Of a stretch of DNA of 64,000 bases, positions 51,633 to 64,000 are shown piece after piece. Source of the DNA: Octopus vulgaris (lineage: Eukaryota); NCBI GenBank assembly GCA_951406725.2, contig OX597814.1, forward strand, positions 58,838,001-58,902,000, written 5' to 3'. Under the pieces are notes generated by a model. It worked only from the letters and a program-made list of their open reading frames with translations. It was not told the origin of the DNA and did not search any database. The position numbers and the translations under genes are program-made. Each line of letters begins with the position of its first letter. Within the stretch, counting starts at the first letter, position 1.

Positions 51633-53685
51633 GGTCTCCGTAGAATAAATAGTATTTCACTTAGATGTTTATTCATATTATATTAATATTATTCTCAAAC
51701 TCAAGACCAAATTTAGCAAACAAGAAACGACATTAGAATTATCCGAATATGTGAAACTGACATTTATCCTATGTCACAAACAGGATTATTATACTGAAAT
51801 GTATTGAATGTTTCAAATAAAGCACGACTAAAAATGAACAAGTAAGTCAAGTGTCACAAATAAAAAGAAAACGAACAACTTGAAATAATAGCTACTGTGA
51901 GGAAACAAGGAACATTGCATATTAATAAATCAAACTGCCAAAACTAGTAATAAAATGACAATTGGCCTGTCAGGCTAAATGATGAATGTTGTAGCGTTAG
52001 TTCGATGTGAGCAGGTTATGAAAGCAATGTAACAAATACTTCAGAAGTGGTATGCTTTCAAAGCCCGTGTCGTAATTATATCACCTGAAACAAAGCAAAA
52101 TTTAAAAAGAACTTTTCACCAAAAGTGCAATACACTGTAGCATTACATTCCCATTAAAAACCAACGCCATATCTAACATTCATGAAAAATGGAACGGCAT
52201 TCCTTCTGAGCGATAGAAAAAGAAGAAGAAAAAAAACAGAATTGAGAACCGACATGAATTTAAGCAAACTAGAATTTAGGCAGGTTTATCATAACAGTGA
52301 CATGATCTTAAACATCGAAAGGGAACAAATCATACAAATAATAAACTGAAAATAAAATAAACCGACAGAATTCACATAAAAGTTAAGCTATAACAAACCG
52401 ATGGACATATTACATCATAAATTATGATATATAGAATATCTAAAGCTTTGCAAAAGAATGGAAACATAGCAATAAAATGAACATCGATACAATATATGGA
52501 CCTCCAAAACGTGGAAACTGCTGCAGAATCAACAAAACATAAAAAGGAGCAGGTCATTACAGCAAAATAAAAACTGAACCAAAGATAAAAGAAACATAAT
52601 CTAAAATATTAATGCAGATTATAGAAAACCTTGTGGATATATTAAACGAAACCGAATACACTACTACAACAAATTTGCACCTTCATTCTCACGCATAACA
52701 AACTGAATAAGGACCTATATCATTTCATGACAACATAATATAACAGTGTGAACAAAACTGTCAGAAGCAATAAAGGAGACATAAGGAGAACAGATGAAAA
52801 CGATATCAATGAATGTTCCTGAACCCTTGCTAAGTTAAACTCGAACTTCGTGGTCAATGAATAATTCTGTTGACGGAAGTGAATTACACGAAAATTGATG
52901 ACTACATTTTGCAATAAACTTGATGTTAGTCCAAGATAGTACCAAGGCTTCCACAAAAGCCTAAGAAAATGAACAAAAACTAAAAATACAACATGAAATC
53001 GAGATAAGAAAAGAAAAATAGGCGGAACTTAAAACGTGCATCTGACATGAAATAGAACAAAATACATGTACTGACGGGTATAATCTATCAAAGCAAAATA
53101 GCGCACTTCTGAAAGTAAAGTAAGATTTAGCCTATCATAAACTGAATACAAGATACGATGCATTATACAGGTGAATACATACAGATAAGAGGCAATTATA
53201 CAGGCTATTCAAGTTTAAGCTCAAAAACGAGTTCACTTAGAAAGAATATTAATTTCGTCTCTTCAGTGATACTAAACCTCTGATTAGAAGTTAAAGTATA
53301 TACGAAATAAAGCTTGAAATAAACATGTTAAGCAAAATAACGATATAAATGGAGACAAAACTTATTATGTGACTAATACGCTATTAGACATAGAGTGTAT
53401 CTATCTGGTGTCCATACCTGATGATACACATTCCAATGTTTTTCAACCATCAGTAATTACAAAAAGAAAGATTTGTATTACTCATAAAGAATGAAACAAT
53501 GACTAATTAAAAAAAACAAAACTTACAAACTACATAGACGTTTAGGAGAAACACAGGGAACTCAATGGTTCGAGACAAGGATTATAGTAAAAACCATTTG
53601 TGCTTTTGCTTTTTGCCTTGGTTTCTCTCGACTTCTTAAGTTGAAGCATTGCCCCTACATTAGAAAGTATAATTAATGTTGAAAA

Positions 53686-53875
53686 GGCGCAGGCATAGCT
53701 TTAAGCATAGGCGCGGATGTGTCGTAAGAAACTTACTTCCCAACCACATGATTCTAAGTTCAGTCCCACTGCGTGACATGACATCTTGGGCGAGTGTCTT
53801 CTATTATAGCCCCGAACCGACCAAAGCCTTGTGAGCACATGTGCTAGAAAGAAACTGAAAAAAGACTGTTATGTA
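53686..53875 (+). mobile_element. SINE, third family (cttgggcgagtgtcttct core)
   Basis: Degenerate tRNA-like head. Related pieces at ~32985-33140 and probably ~56165-56385. Confidence 0.7.
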
Positions 53876-54055
53876 TATACGACTGGGTGCTGAAAATACC
53901 TGGATTTAAGGGCAACATGGAAGGCCTGCCTGGAGGCCCAAACTTCCGAGTTCATTTATAGGGCTTAGAAAACTGAAAGACTGCTGCAATATGGGTGTGA
54001 ATCTCAAAGAGGTATATGTTGAATAATATCATAATTAACTGATCCTCCTTTCTTC

Positions 54056-54096
<41 letters not shown>

Positions 54097-54310
54097 AATC
54101 AGCCGAAATTGCGAGGATGATCCGGTTCTTGACTGAGGATAAAACGATTCGAATGACGACCCGTCTTTGTTTTGTGTATCGTCTATCTGGATGTTTTGTT
54201 GCCCTTTTTTGTATCACCTAGTTCTCCGGATATTTTGCGTTCTTGTCCCAATTTGTATTATATATATATATATATAAAGTTTTTTATGCATTTTGATGTC
54301 GACATAAGTT

Positions 54311-54407
54311 TCCTTGATTTTCCTGAAGAGAAATCCGCATAATGTACTCCTTATTCCTTCGGAATTAGGAATATGCAGCCTTCGAAACATATGTCGAGAA
54401 TAAAGGA
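54311..54407 (+). ncRNA. Type I hammerhead ribozyme with extended helix II
   Basis: tccttgattttc-CTGAAGA-gaa[..gcata..tcct tattcc TTCG gaat tagga..tatgc..]ttc-GAAA-CATATG-TC-gagaataaagga. Helix I of ~11 bp, palindromic ACATATGT, GUC triplet. Confidence 0.85.
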
Positions 54408-54469
54408 TATTTGTTAACTAGTCGTTCAACTCCATTCTTTTATTATATATATATATATATATATATATA

Positions 54470-55958
54470 TTGGCATCCTTTCTGTCTCGGGAGACAATGG
54501 AGTTGCGCATTTTTTTTTTTTTTTTTTCCTAGGTCTAGTCCGGCTGTTATATTTTATTTCCTGTTACATTTCTTGCTGTGGCTGTGTAGTCCTATCCTGG
54601 ACAAACACTCCCTCTGGCAGGTACTGCAAATGTAGCGAAGACTGTTCCTGGCTGGTTGTAGTGCCATGGTCTCTTGTTTATGTCTCTTCCTTTCTTTCCA
54701 TTTCTCCTCTCTCTTTCTGTCACTCCTCTGTATACCCTCTTTTACTGTACGTCGCCATTCTCCACGGTTGCCGGCGACTGCCTCCCAACCGCTAATGTTG
54801 ATGTTGCAGGCCTTCATATCCCTTTTGCAAACATCCTTGTAACGTAAGATCGGTCTACCCACAGACCTAGTACCCCTAGCAAGCTCTCCGAAGAGTATGT
54901 CCTTGGGGATTCTGCCATCTTTCATACGGCTAACATGCCCAAGCCATCTCATACGTCTTTGTGTGAGGAGTGCAAACATGCTTGGTATTCCTGCTTGCCT
55001 GAGGACATCTTTGTTGGGGATATGATTCTGCCATTTGATGTGGAGGATTTTTCGGAGGCAGCGCAGGTGAAAGATGTTTAGGCGACGCTCTTGGCGTGTG
55101 TATAGCGTCCAGGTCTCGCTTCCATACAGTAGAGTGCTGAGTACACATGCCTGGTAGATCTTCATTTTTGTGGTCTCGGTCAGCTTATTGTTGTCCCAAG
55201 CCCGTTTGGAGAGTTGGGCCATCGCAGCAGCTGCCTTGCCAATGCGTATATTGAGCTCAGCGTCAAGGGATAGGTTGTAGGTGACGGTAGAGCCCAGATA
55301 GGTAAACTTCTCCACCTCTTGTAATCTGTGGTCTCCAATATGTATGTTTGGGATGTCCGATGTAGCCTGGCCCATGATGTTGGTCTTCTTAAGGCTGATA
55401 GCTAAGCCAAAGTCATTACATGCTTGCTCAAAACAGTTAATGAGCCTTTGGAGGGCTTCTTCTGTGTGTGTTACCAGAGCGGCATCATCAGCAAATAACA
55501 TCTCCTTGATCAGGACGTTTCTGATTTTGGTCTTGGCACGCAGGCGCGAGAGATTGAACAGTTTCCCGTCACTTCTACTGTGCAGAAACACTCCATCATC
55601 TGATGTCTGAAAGGCATGTGACAGCAAGAGTGAGAAGAAGACGCCAAACAATGTAGGGGCGAGGACACAGCCTTGCTTTACCCCGTTTTTTATTTGGAAG
55701 GCGGCTGATGTTGAACCGTTGTGCTGTATGGTGCCTTGCATGTCATCATGGAAAGACTTGATGATCCTCAGCAGCTTTGGTGGACATCTGATTTTTTGGA
55801 GCAGGAGGAAGAGGCCTGTTCTGCTTACCGAGTCAAAAGCCTTTGTTAGATCAATGAAGGCTATATATAATGGCATTTTCTGCTATCTGGACTTCTCCTG
55901 AAGTTGGCGTATGGAGAATATCATATCGATAGTTGATCTGCTTCTTCTAAAGCCACAC
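54470..55958 (-). mobile_element. Young 5'-truncated RTE-clade (BovB-like) LINE inserted in (TA)n
   Basis: RT begins [22 protein letters not shown] with one stop before the 440-aa ORF. Short 3' UTR ending gacagaaaggatgcca. (TA)n on both flanks. Confidence 0.93.
54554..55876 (-). CDS. RTE LINE reverse transcriptase, C-terminal 440 aa
   Basis: FIDLTKAFDSV, GVKQGCVLAPTLF, LFADD, FTYLGS, LLYGSETW, RWLGHV; C-terminal C2H2-like CSTC..LHSH. Confidence 0.92.
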   Translation of the reverse strand: MPLYIAFIDLTKAFDSVSRTGLFLLLQKIRCPPKLLRIIKSFHDDMQGTIQHNGSTSAAFQIKNGVKQGCVLAPTLFGVFFSLLLSHAFQTSDDGVFLHSRSDGKLFNLSRLRAKTKIRNVLIKEMLFADDAALVTHTEEALQRLINCFEQACNDFGLAISLKKTNIMGQATSDIPNIHIGDHRLQEVEKFTYLGSTVTYNLSLDAELNIRIGKAAAAMAQLSKRAWDNNKLTETTKMKIYQACVLSTLLYGSETWTLYTRQERRLNIFHLRCLRKILHIKWQNHIPNKDVLRQAGIPSMFALLTQRRMRWLGHVSRMKDGRIPKDILFGELARGTRSVGRPILRYKDVCKRDMKACNINISGWEAVAGNRGEWRRTVKEGIQRSDRKREEKWKERKRHKQETMALQPARNSLRYICSTCQRECLSRIGLHSHSKKCNRK

Positions 55959-55967
55959 ATATATATG

Positions 55968-56056
<89 letters not shown>

Positions 56057-56075
56057 TATATCTATATATATTTAC

Positions 56076-56110
<35 letters not shown>

Positions 56111-57006
56111 CATGCATATATATACATGCATATGTATATAAGTACATATGTGTGTGTGTGTATTATGTGTTTGTATGTGTGTTCTCCACAACAACTTGAC
56201 AACTGTTTTGCGTTTACGTCCGTACCCCGTAACCTAGGGGTTCGGCAAAAGAGCCTGATAGAATAACCACCAGCAAAATATAAGTACTGAGAACGATTCA
56301 TGAGAGTAAAATTTCTTGTTGATGTTGCCCCACCATAGCTGCTGTCTAATGACTGAAACAAGCAAACGATAAAAGATAAGAGATAACGCCTCTCTTCTAT
56401 CGCGCCCGTCTTATGCAAATTTCAGACGCTACATTCTGAATATTGTACTGAGATCTGTAATTAAATCTTAACGAATATATTTTAATATTCATTCATACAG
56501 GAAGAATAACTTATTTCCACCAGGAGGGAAATAAATGAGTATATCTAGGTTGTTTGATTCTCTGAAGTAATCTTCTATTTTAAATGTGTTTGATATGTAA
56601 CCGATCCTTGGCAACATATATCGGTCGGTCAATCAAGACACAACTGTACTAATGAAGCAACCGGATGTTTGAACTCAGAGAAAGAAAACCAACAAAAAAG
56701 CAAACAAGGAAAAGATTTTAAAACATCAAATATTATATCGAGGTTATACAATTGATCGATAGCTTAGTTGGATTTGATTATTAATATATTGTTATTTGAC
56801 TGAGAAATTATTCAGCCAGATGATAGCAGACTGACTGCTAGTTACTTAATAATAATCGATTCCTCATATCAGATTTTCGAAGACAGAACGCTGAGTAAAT
56901 TTGTAAATTCTCATGTTAAAGAAGATGCGATGGTTCTGATATTGTTTCTGTCAGTGTGATGATAGTGATGGTAGAGAGAGTGACGAAGTGGCAGTGTTAA
57001 TGCTGC

Positions 57007-57037
<31 letters not shown>

Positions 57038-57428
57038 GGTAGTAATAGTAGTATCTTTGTCGAACGTGATGTGTTGGTAGTGGTTTCTTAGTAGTGCCTT
57101 TGTTTGTAGCGGTGTGTATATATATAGTGGTTGTGTTCCTCTTGGTGGGGGAGATGTATGAAGCTGATGGCAGCAGTTGTGTTCTTAAAACCACAAGCGA
57201 CGGGGTAAAGTTTCAGAGAAGTAAATATCTATATCATACCTGCTTCGAGAATGGTGAAGCTGAGGTTCAATGTGTAATTATGTAATAATATGGTATAGAA
57301 GGGACAACAATGCATATACATATATAGCATGTATTAAAAATAGACGGACCTGTAATCACCAAAAAGTACCCTTAATAATAATGATGATAATAATAATAAT
57401 AATAATGATAATAATAATAATAATAATA

Positions 57429-57541
<113 letters not shown>

Positions 57542-57575
57542 GATGATGATAATGATGATGATGATGATGATGATG

Positions 57576-57674
<99 letters not shown>

Positions 57675-58214
57675 GAGTGAGCGAGCAGAGCATGCCATCA
57701 AAGTGACACTGGGGTAAAATATACGAAGCCCAGTATACCCATCATCACTACCCGTCTGATAAGAGTACACCGGGCACATGCATCACAACCATATGTGCGC
57801 GACATGGTGATCTCATATCAAGATAAACAGCACATGACCTTGCAGGTGGAGCCCAGTTAGAATTTTCTTCAGATCGAGTAACCCATCCCTGAATAAGGGT
57901 TGTTTAAGGACGTTGAACGAAACACCCATGTTTCCAGAGGTGAATTATTCAAACCCCAAAGAATCCTTCTCAACACATGGCTATGATGCTCCCCCACTAC
58001 TTCTGCTCGTGATCAGAGATGCACATATCGTCAGCCACTAAGGGACATGCTCAACTGGTTAAGGTCAAACAACTGACAAGCAAATCTGTGGTATTGAGCA
58101 GAATATTTGCTGTAGCCCATCTTTTATACCAAGACAAAACAATGTGCATAATAACACTTCCAATCAGTTAAGATCAGAAGCCATGAGAGCCACTGCCTGG
58201 TACTGCATCAGGGC
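57675..58214 (-). mobile_element. ~550-bp element, copy 4
   Basis: Near-identical to copy 1. Confidence 0.92.
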
Positions 58215-58263
<49 letters not shown>

Positions 58264-58264
58264 A

Positions 58265-58695
58265 ATGCCCTGATACAGTACCAGGCAGTGGCTCTCATGG
58301 CTTCTGATCTTGGAAGTGTCATCATATACATTGTTTTGTCTTTGTATAAAAGATAGGCTACAATAAATATTCTGTAGCCATATGCTGAAAGGAATTTTTT
58401 AGTGTTTGAATATTCCAACTTTGGAAACATGGGTGTTTCGTTGAACATACTTAAACAACCTTTATTCAGTGAGCTTTTGAGCGGGATGCTATTCGACTTG
58501 GAGAAAAGTCTAACTGAGCTCCATCAGCAAGGTCATGCAATGTTTAACGTGATATGAGATCATCATGTCGCGCACATATGGCTGGGATGCATGTTACTGA
58601 TGTACTCTTGTCAGACGGGTAGTAATTATAGATATACTGGGCTTCGTATATTTTACCCTGGTGTAATTTTGATGGTATGCACTGCTCTCTCACTC
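58265..58695 (+). mobile_element. ~550-bp element, copy 5 (diverged, internally deleted, opposite orientation)
   Basis: Starts atgccctgatacagtaccaggc, ends ctctctcactc. Confidence 0.88.
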
Positions 58696-58815
58696 CATAG
58701 TAATAATCATAATAATAATAATAATGATCATTATGATGATGATGATGATGATGACTATGATGATGATGATGATAATAATAATAACAAGAAGAAGAAGAAA
58801 AAGAAGAATTATACC

Positions 58816-58857
<42 letters not shown>

Positions 58858-58868
58858 ACTACTACTAC

Positions 58869-58915
<47 letters not shown>

Positions 58916-58918
58916 GTA

Positions 58919-59466
58919 ATGCAGTACCAGGCAGTGGCTCTCATGGCTTCTGATCTTAACTGATTGGAAGTGTTATCATGTACATTGTTTTGTCTTGGTA
59001 TAAAAGATGGGCTACAGCAAATATTCTGCTCAATACCACATATTTGCTTGTCAGTTGTTTGACCTTAACCAGTTGAGCATGTCCCTTAGTGGCTGATGAT
59101 ATGTGCAGCTCTGATCACGAGCAGAAGTAGTGGGGGAGCATCATAGCCATGTGTTGAGAGGGATTCTTTGGGGTTTGAATAATTCACCTCTGGAAACATG
59201 GGTGTTTCATTCAGCATCCTTAAACAACCCTTATTCAAGGACCTTTTGAGCGGGATGGGCTACTCAACCTGAAGAAATTTCTAACTGGGCCCCACCTGCA
59301 AGGTCATGTGCAGTTTATCTTGATATGAGATCACCATGTCGCGCACATATTGTTGTGATGCATGTGCCTGGTGTACTCTTATCAGACGGGTAGTCATGAT
59401 GGGTATATTGGACTTCGTATATTTTACCCCAGTGTCACTTTGATGGCATGAACTGCTCTCTCACTC
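58919..59466 (+). mobile_element. ~550-bp element, copy 6
   Basis: Approximate reverse complement of copy 4; followed by (AAT)n. Confidence 0.92.
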
Positions 59467-59539
<73 letters not shown>

Positions 59540-61149
59540 TACACACATACGTACATACACTCACTGTGTGTGTGTGCCTGTGTGTGTATTATATTGTATA
59601 GAGAATGCAAACTAAAGACACGGGAGTGCGAAAGAGAGAAAACTGATTTAACGACAGATGTTAATTTTAATTAGTATGATTATTTACCTGATATAGAAAT
59701 GGAAATTTGCAACTTGAATGATGGTTGTTCTACGAAGTTCATTTATGTTATAACCACTACCATTATGAGGCTAATTAGATTTTTATGATCACGATTCGGG
59801 AGTAAACTCTAAATTCAGACTATATTAAGCTATCTATATTTGCATTATGACTTTCATGTTCAGAAACTGATTTACAGCTGTTCAGGAGTAAATTTAATAT
59901 AAATTGTGTACAGTTCGAATATAGTATCAAGAATGTTTATCACTGGTTTCTAATTTTAAATTACATTTGAATACGCGCTTTATTAACACAGGGTTTGATG
60001 AGAGATCAAGTCAAGTAGAAGACTGTATAGTTTCCATAAGTAATTATTCTACATGAAACTGTCCTAAATAATTGAGGAAGTGATTTCTTGTGCAGAGGCT
60101 TGAATGCCTGAATATAGCAGTTAATTAACAGTGTTCAAATAACAGATATTTAATGAAATTGTAAGAATAGTTCCAGCTGTCTTAATTTTTCTTGTCTTAA
60201 GTAATATTTCACTAGCTAATCTAAAGAGCTACATGGACATTAACCAATACATCTAGGAGGAGCAGAGAAGGAAATCCTTAATGCGCATCAATAGTTGTTT
60301 GTTATATTATAGAACAATAAATCTTTCATCAAAGGCTACACAAACACGAAGGATAGGGCATAAGGAAATTCATTTAAATTTCGATTAATATATCAAACTA
60401 GCTAATCTTGACATCCATTTGTAGACTTTTGATAATTGCGAAACATCATATACAGACGGAGATAATTTTAATAATCAAAGAATTTGTGTCTATGTTGTAT
60501 GTTGTTTGATTTATCCATGCAACACACTACTCTGAGTTTTTTTCCCTTAGGTCACTTCTGTTTCAGTATATACATGCACAGATGCACTCATATATACATA
60601 CACGCATTCATGCACATATTCATACATAGCATTTGTACAGATTGATACACACGTACGAATATAAATTTATGCAAATGAAATTTATTACAGATATATTCAC
60701 ATCTGCATTTATATATATATTCATACTTGCATACGTTCGCGCACATACCAAAGTATGCATGCATGAATGTACAAATGCACATAGGCATCTACAAATTAAT
60801 GCGCGTCTTAATATCGATGTCACAAATTAATATGTTAAGGTATTAACCGATAGTTAAACAGTTTCCTCTGCATGTTATTCCACCCGTTTATTTTGTTTTT
60901 GATGGTATTTGTATTGTTTTATAACATAAGTTGCTATTAAACCATGTAAATCATATCCTTCCTTTTACCCTTTGTTCCTCCTGTCTCTATAGGTTAATAT
61001 CGTAATAGCTGTTTAGATTAGCTGATGGAAATTAAAACAGGTGGTACACTTCTTATAATTTTATTAACCGTGTTTCATTTATCAACCAGAAACTATTCCT
61101 AATACGTGCCAGGAACACTTGATCTCTTGTTGTGTGCTACAGAGTCGTG

Positions 61150-61700
61150 CATCTTAACGTCCAATTTGTCAGATGCGGAGTCCGCATTTATAACATTTGC
61201 TATCGACATTGTATCCATTTTGTACTGTAACAGTTATACACCTGGACAGGAAGCTTGGAAGGAACGTGAAGAGATTTAGTTCAGTCTACTATTTATTGGA
61301 CCTAATAGACCATCTGGTACATTATTATTTTCATTTAATACTTAGAAGCTTCAGATTTGTGCCTTACCTTTCGCTTACAATGCAACGTATCCACTTTTCT
61401 GGTGTTTATTTCAAAAAGGTTTCCTACAGAATTGAGAGCCAGAGCAGCAAGTTACGACGTTCCGTAAGCTAATATGTATTTGTAAACGATGGGCGCTATC
61501 ATCTGCGTAGCTTGCCAAGGGAGACTCTCTGACCAAGTGAAAGCACGTCTCAAAGGTTCACTATGAATTGCAGTGGCCCGAAGACAGAGCCCAGTGGAAT
61601 ACCTGTCATTATCTTGCTCCTTTTAAAGTAGTTCTATTAGTCACCATTGCCTGATTTCTATTTCATAAGAAGCCGTGTAACCATTCTCCAAGTTTTCCAA
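61150..61700 (-). mobile_element. Old CR1/L2/Jockey-type RT remnant
   Basis: Minus strand TGIPLGSVFGPLQF and SYADD. Confidence 0.65.
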
Positions 61701-61769
61701 TAATGCCAACATCAAGAAGCTTGTGACATATATGTGTATACACGCATTATAAGAAGTGTATAGACACAG

Positions 61770-61802
<33 letters not shown>

Positions 61803-61857
61803 GATATATATGCATATATATATATGTACATATATATATATATATATATATGTATAT

Positions 61858-61916
<59 letters not shown>

Positions 61917-61917
<1 letters not shown>

Positions 61918-62145
61918 GTTATTTAAAAGGAGCAGAAAATATAACAAAAGCTGTTACTCAGACTTTCACGTTCTCGTTCAACGGACAGTTTTGTTTAGCA
62001 AAATTGTCCGACGAACGGGAACATGAAACTCTGAGTAACAGCCTTTGTTATATTTCTGCTGCTTGTAAGTAAAGCATATTACTCTACCTCTGGTATTTGA
62101 GTACTCTTTTTTCCACCTTGGTGACTTTTATGTGCTTACTCCGGT
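61917..62145 (+). mobile_element. Short inverted-repeat element next to (TA)n with variant hammerhead motif (62004-62041)
   Basis: 61921-61993 is approximately the reverse complement of 61999-62071. ttgt-CCGACGA-acgggaacat-GAAA-ctctgag-TA-acag. Confidence 0.65.
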
Positions 62146-64000
62146 ATATGTATATATCTGTCTATAGAGTGTTTTTGATAATGCTACGCTAGCAAATTAT
62201 GGAACTTCACACATATATGTCAGTATTAATGTTATATTCAGGGTGATGAGCTGGTAAATTCAGTACCGCGCCGGACACAAAGCTTCACGACATTTCTTCA
62301 CATATTACAGTCCGAGTTCAAATACTACTGGGGCATTTCATTCGTTGCCTTTCATTCTTCCGAGATCGATACTATAAGTAGCAGTTGAACACTGTGGTAG
62401 ATATAATCCACTAGCCCTGTCTCTCCTATTTGCTAGCCGTGTGCCAAACTTTTAAATCGATATTAATATTATGTCCACTTTTGCATCACATCCACTTAAA
62501 TTCACGGAAAATTCTGCACACACTCTCCACTTAAATTATTCGGCGTCGATCTACTTCCGTTGCTAAATTTCTTGGCTTGCAATTTGTTAGTCGTAAAAAC
62601 TAGAAGCTCTAAGGGATTGTTCGAATTTGGAGTGATGATTGGAGAACCTGTATAACACAATAACACAGATGTGGTTATCATGACTTTGGAATCAGGATAA
62701 CCGTGTATGTACGGATAGGATGCACTGTAAGCTTAGACCTTATACATGTGCACCAATTTACATTTATTACTACACACACGCGAGCACACACGCACATACA
62801 TATAAATATAAAATGGGGGTTTTATGAGCATGTGCCTAAACAATTTCGTAAATAGAACTTTGGACAGTTCTCTTTCATTAACCATATTCGTATGTGCTTA
62901 TCTTTGTAAATGTATTTGAATGAAATTATTACAAATGTATATAACTGTATGCAGGTTTTCTTACTGTGTTATCATGCACGTGTATATTTGTAGTGCTATT
63001 TAGGTCCCATTGTATGTCAGAGATTTAGCGAAGATCTATAGAAAGTTTTTCGAGGATAGTTCAATTGCAGTATTGTGCAATAGAGTGGTAGTGAACCTAT
63101 GCTCCACCCTAAGTCTCACGGTACAACACAGACGTTCAATGGATGAAATCAGGGATGTTTACTTCAATTATTGGCGAGTAGCCGAAGACGAACGTCCTTT
63201 GATAAAATCCGCATCACTGTATTGCACTTCGTAAACACCCTCTGTGCATGTGTAGTCTAGTAACGTCGGCAAGAAGCTGCTGTTTGGTGGATTATTTATT
63301 ACAAACAATTGCACGAGTGCATCTGCATACATAAGCATCTTGGAATCTATAGCTATTTGAATGCAAGCAGATGATGTATTTAGTTTAAGAAGAATCTGTT
63401 AAAAATTATTTTGCTAGAATTCCTATTGGTTTGCCTATTGCTTTCATTCTCCTTGCTTTCTTTCTTTCATTTTAATTCCATTTAAATTCCATTTAAATTG
63501 TAAACAAACTGGAGATTCTAAAGCGATTATATAATTTGCTAAACTTAATATTCTTCTTTAAAGTGGGTCATTTCTAACAAAAGCTGATTGTGATAATACT
63601 ACATGTGTTTTTTCTCAGCTCCAATTTTGTCTGAGAAGAGACGCATTATATATTATGTTTATTGAGATGCATGATTTAGTAACATTTTATTAATCAATCA
63701 CGTAACAATGACTGTTAGAGTGAACGTCAGGTTCGATATTACCACAAAGAGCATATTGCAGTTACCGTATTGCAGAAAGGTAACTCCTGACAATTTATTA
63801 TCTAAGATAATATAAGATATTTTGTATCAATAATTGTAATTTTAATTGCCGAGACTATCCAGTACATTTGAAAAAGTAACAAAATGTGACGACATTCACG
63901 TATCCAACCGCCATAATATTCGTCTTTCCTTTGTCCGATAGAAGGGAATAAACTAGCAGTTATAAACATATATATACAAGCAAACCTCAACGCTGAAACC

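Noticed and set aside
51800-53600. A-rich strand-biased stretch (also ~12200-13400 and ~48200-49900)
   Set aside because: Probably very old LINE remnants, but no motif is clear enough to annotate.
54095-54260. TA-flanked element with CTGAGGA..GAAT
   Set aside because: Helix II and III pairing is not convincing; at best an eroded motif.

Overview
AT-rich, microsatellite-laden eukaryotic DNA. The SINE repertoire, (TA)n/(TAA)n load and retroelements suggest an octopus-like cephalopod genome (inference from memory, not a database result). The window is mostly transposon debris: several R4/Dong-like RLE-endonuclease non-LTR retrotransposon families and six copies of a non-coding ~550-bp element, all sitting in (TAA)n-type microsatellites; a young 5'-truncated RTE LINE; decayed RTE, L1/Tx1 and CR1/L2-like LINEs; mariner remnants; and tRNA-derived SINEs. 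Four small phase-0 exons on the minus strand may form the 3' end of an unidentified host gene. The most notable signal is a set of about six different short non-coding inverted or tandem elements (several degenerate), mostly beside (TA)n. Each carries a type I hammerhead ribozyme motif with a self-complementary helix III, the Penelope-like element / retrozyme signature. One is a 358-nt tandem unit with an inverted 5' arm and a target-site duplication. All coordinates were read by eye and element boundaries are approximate.
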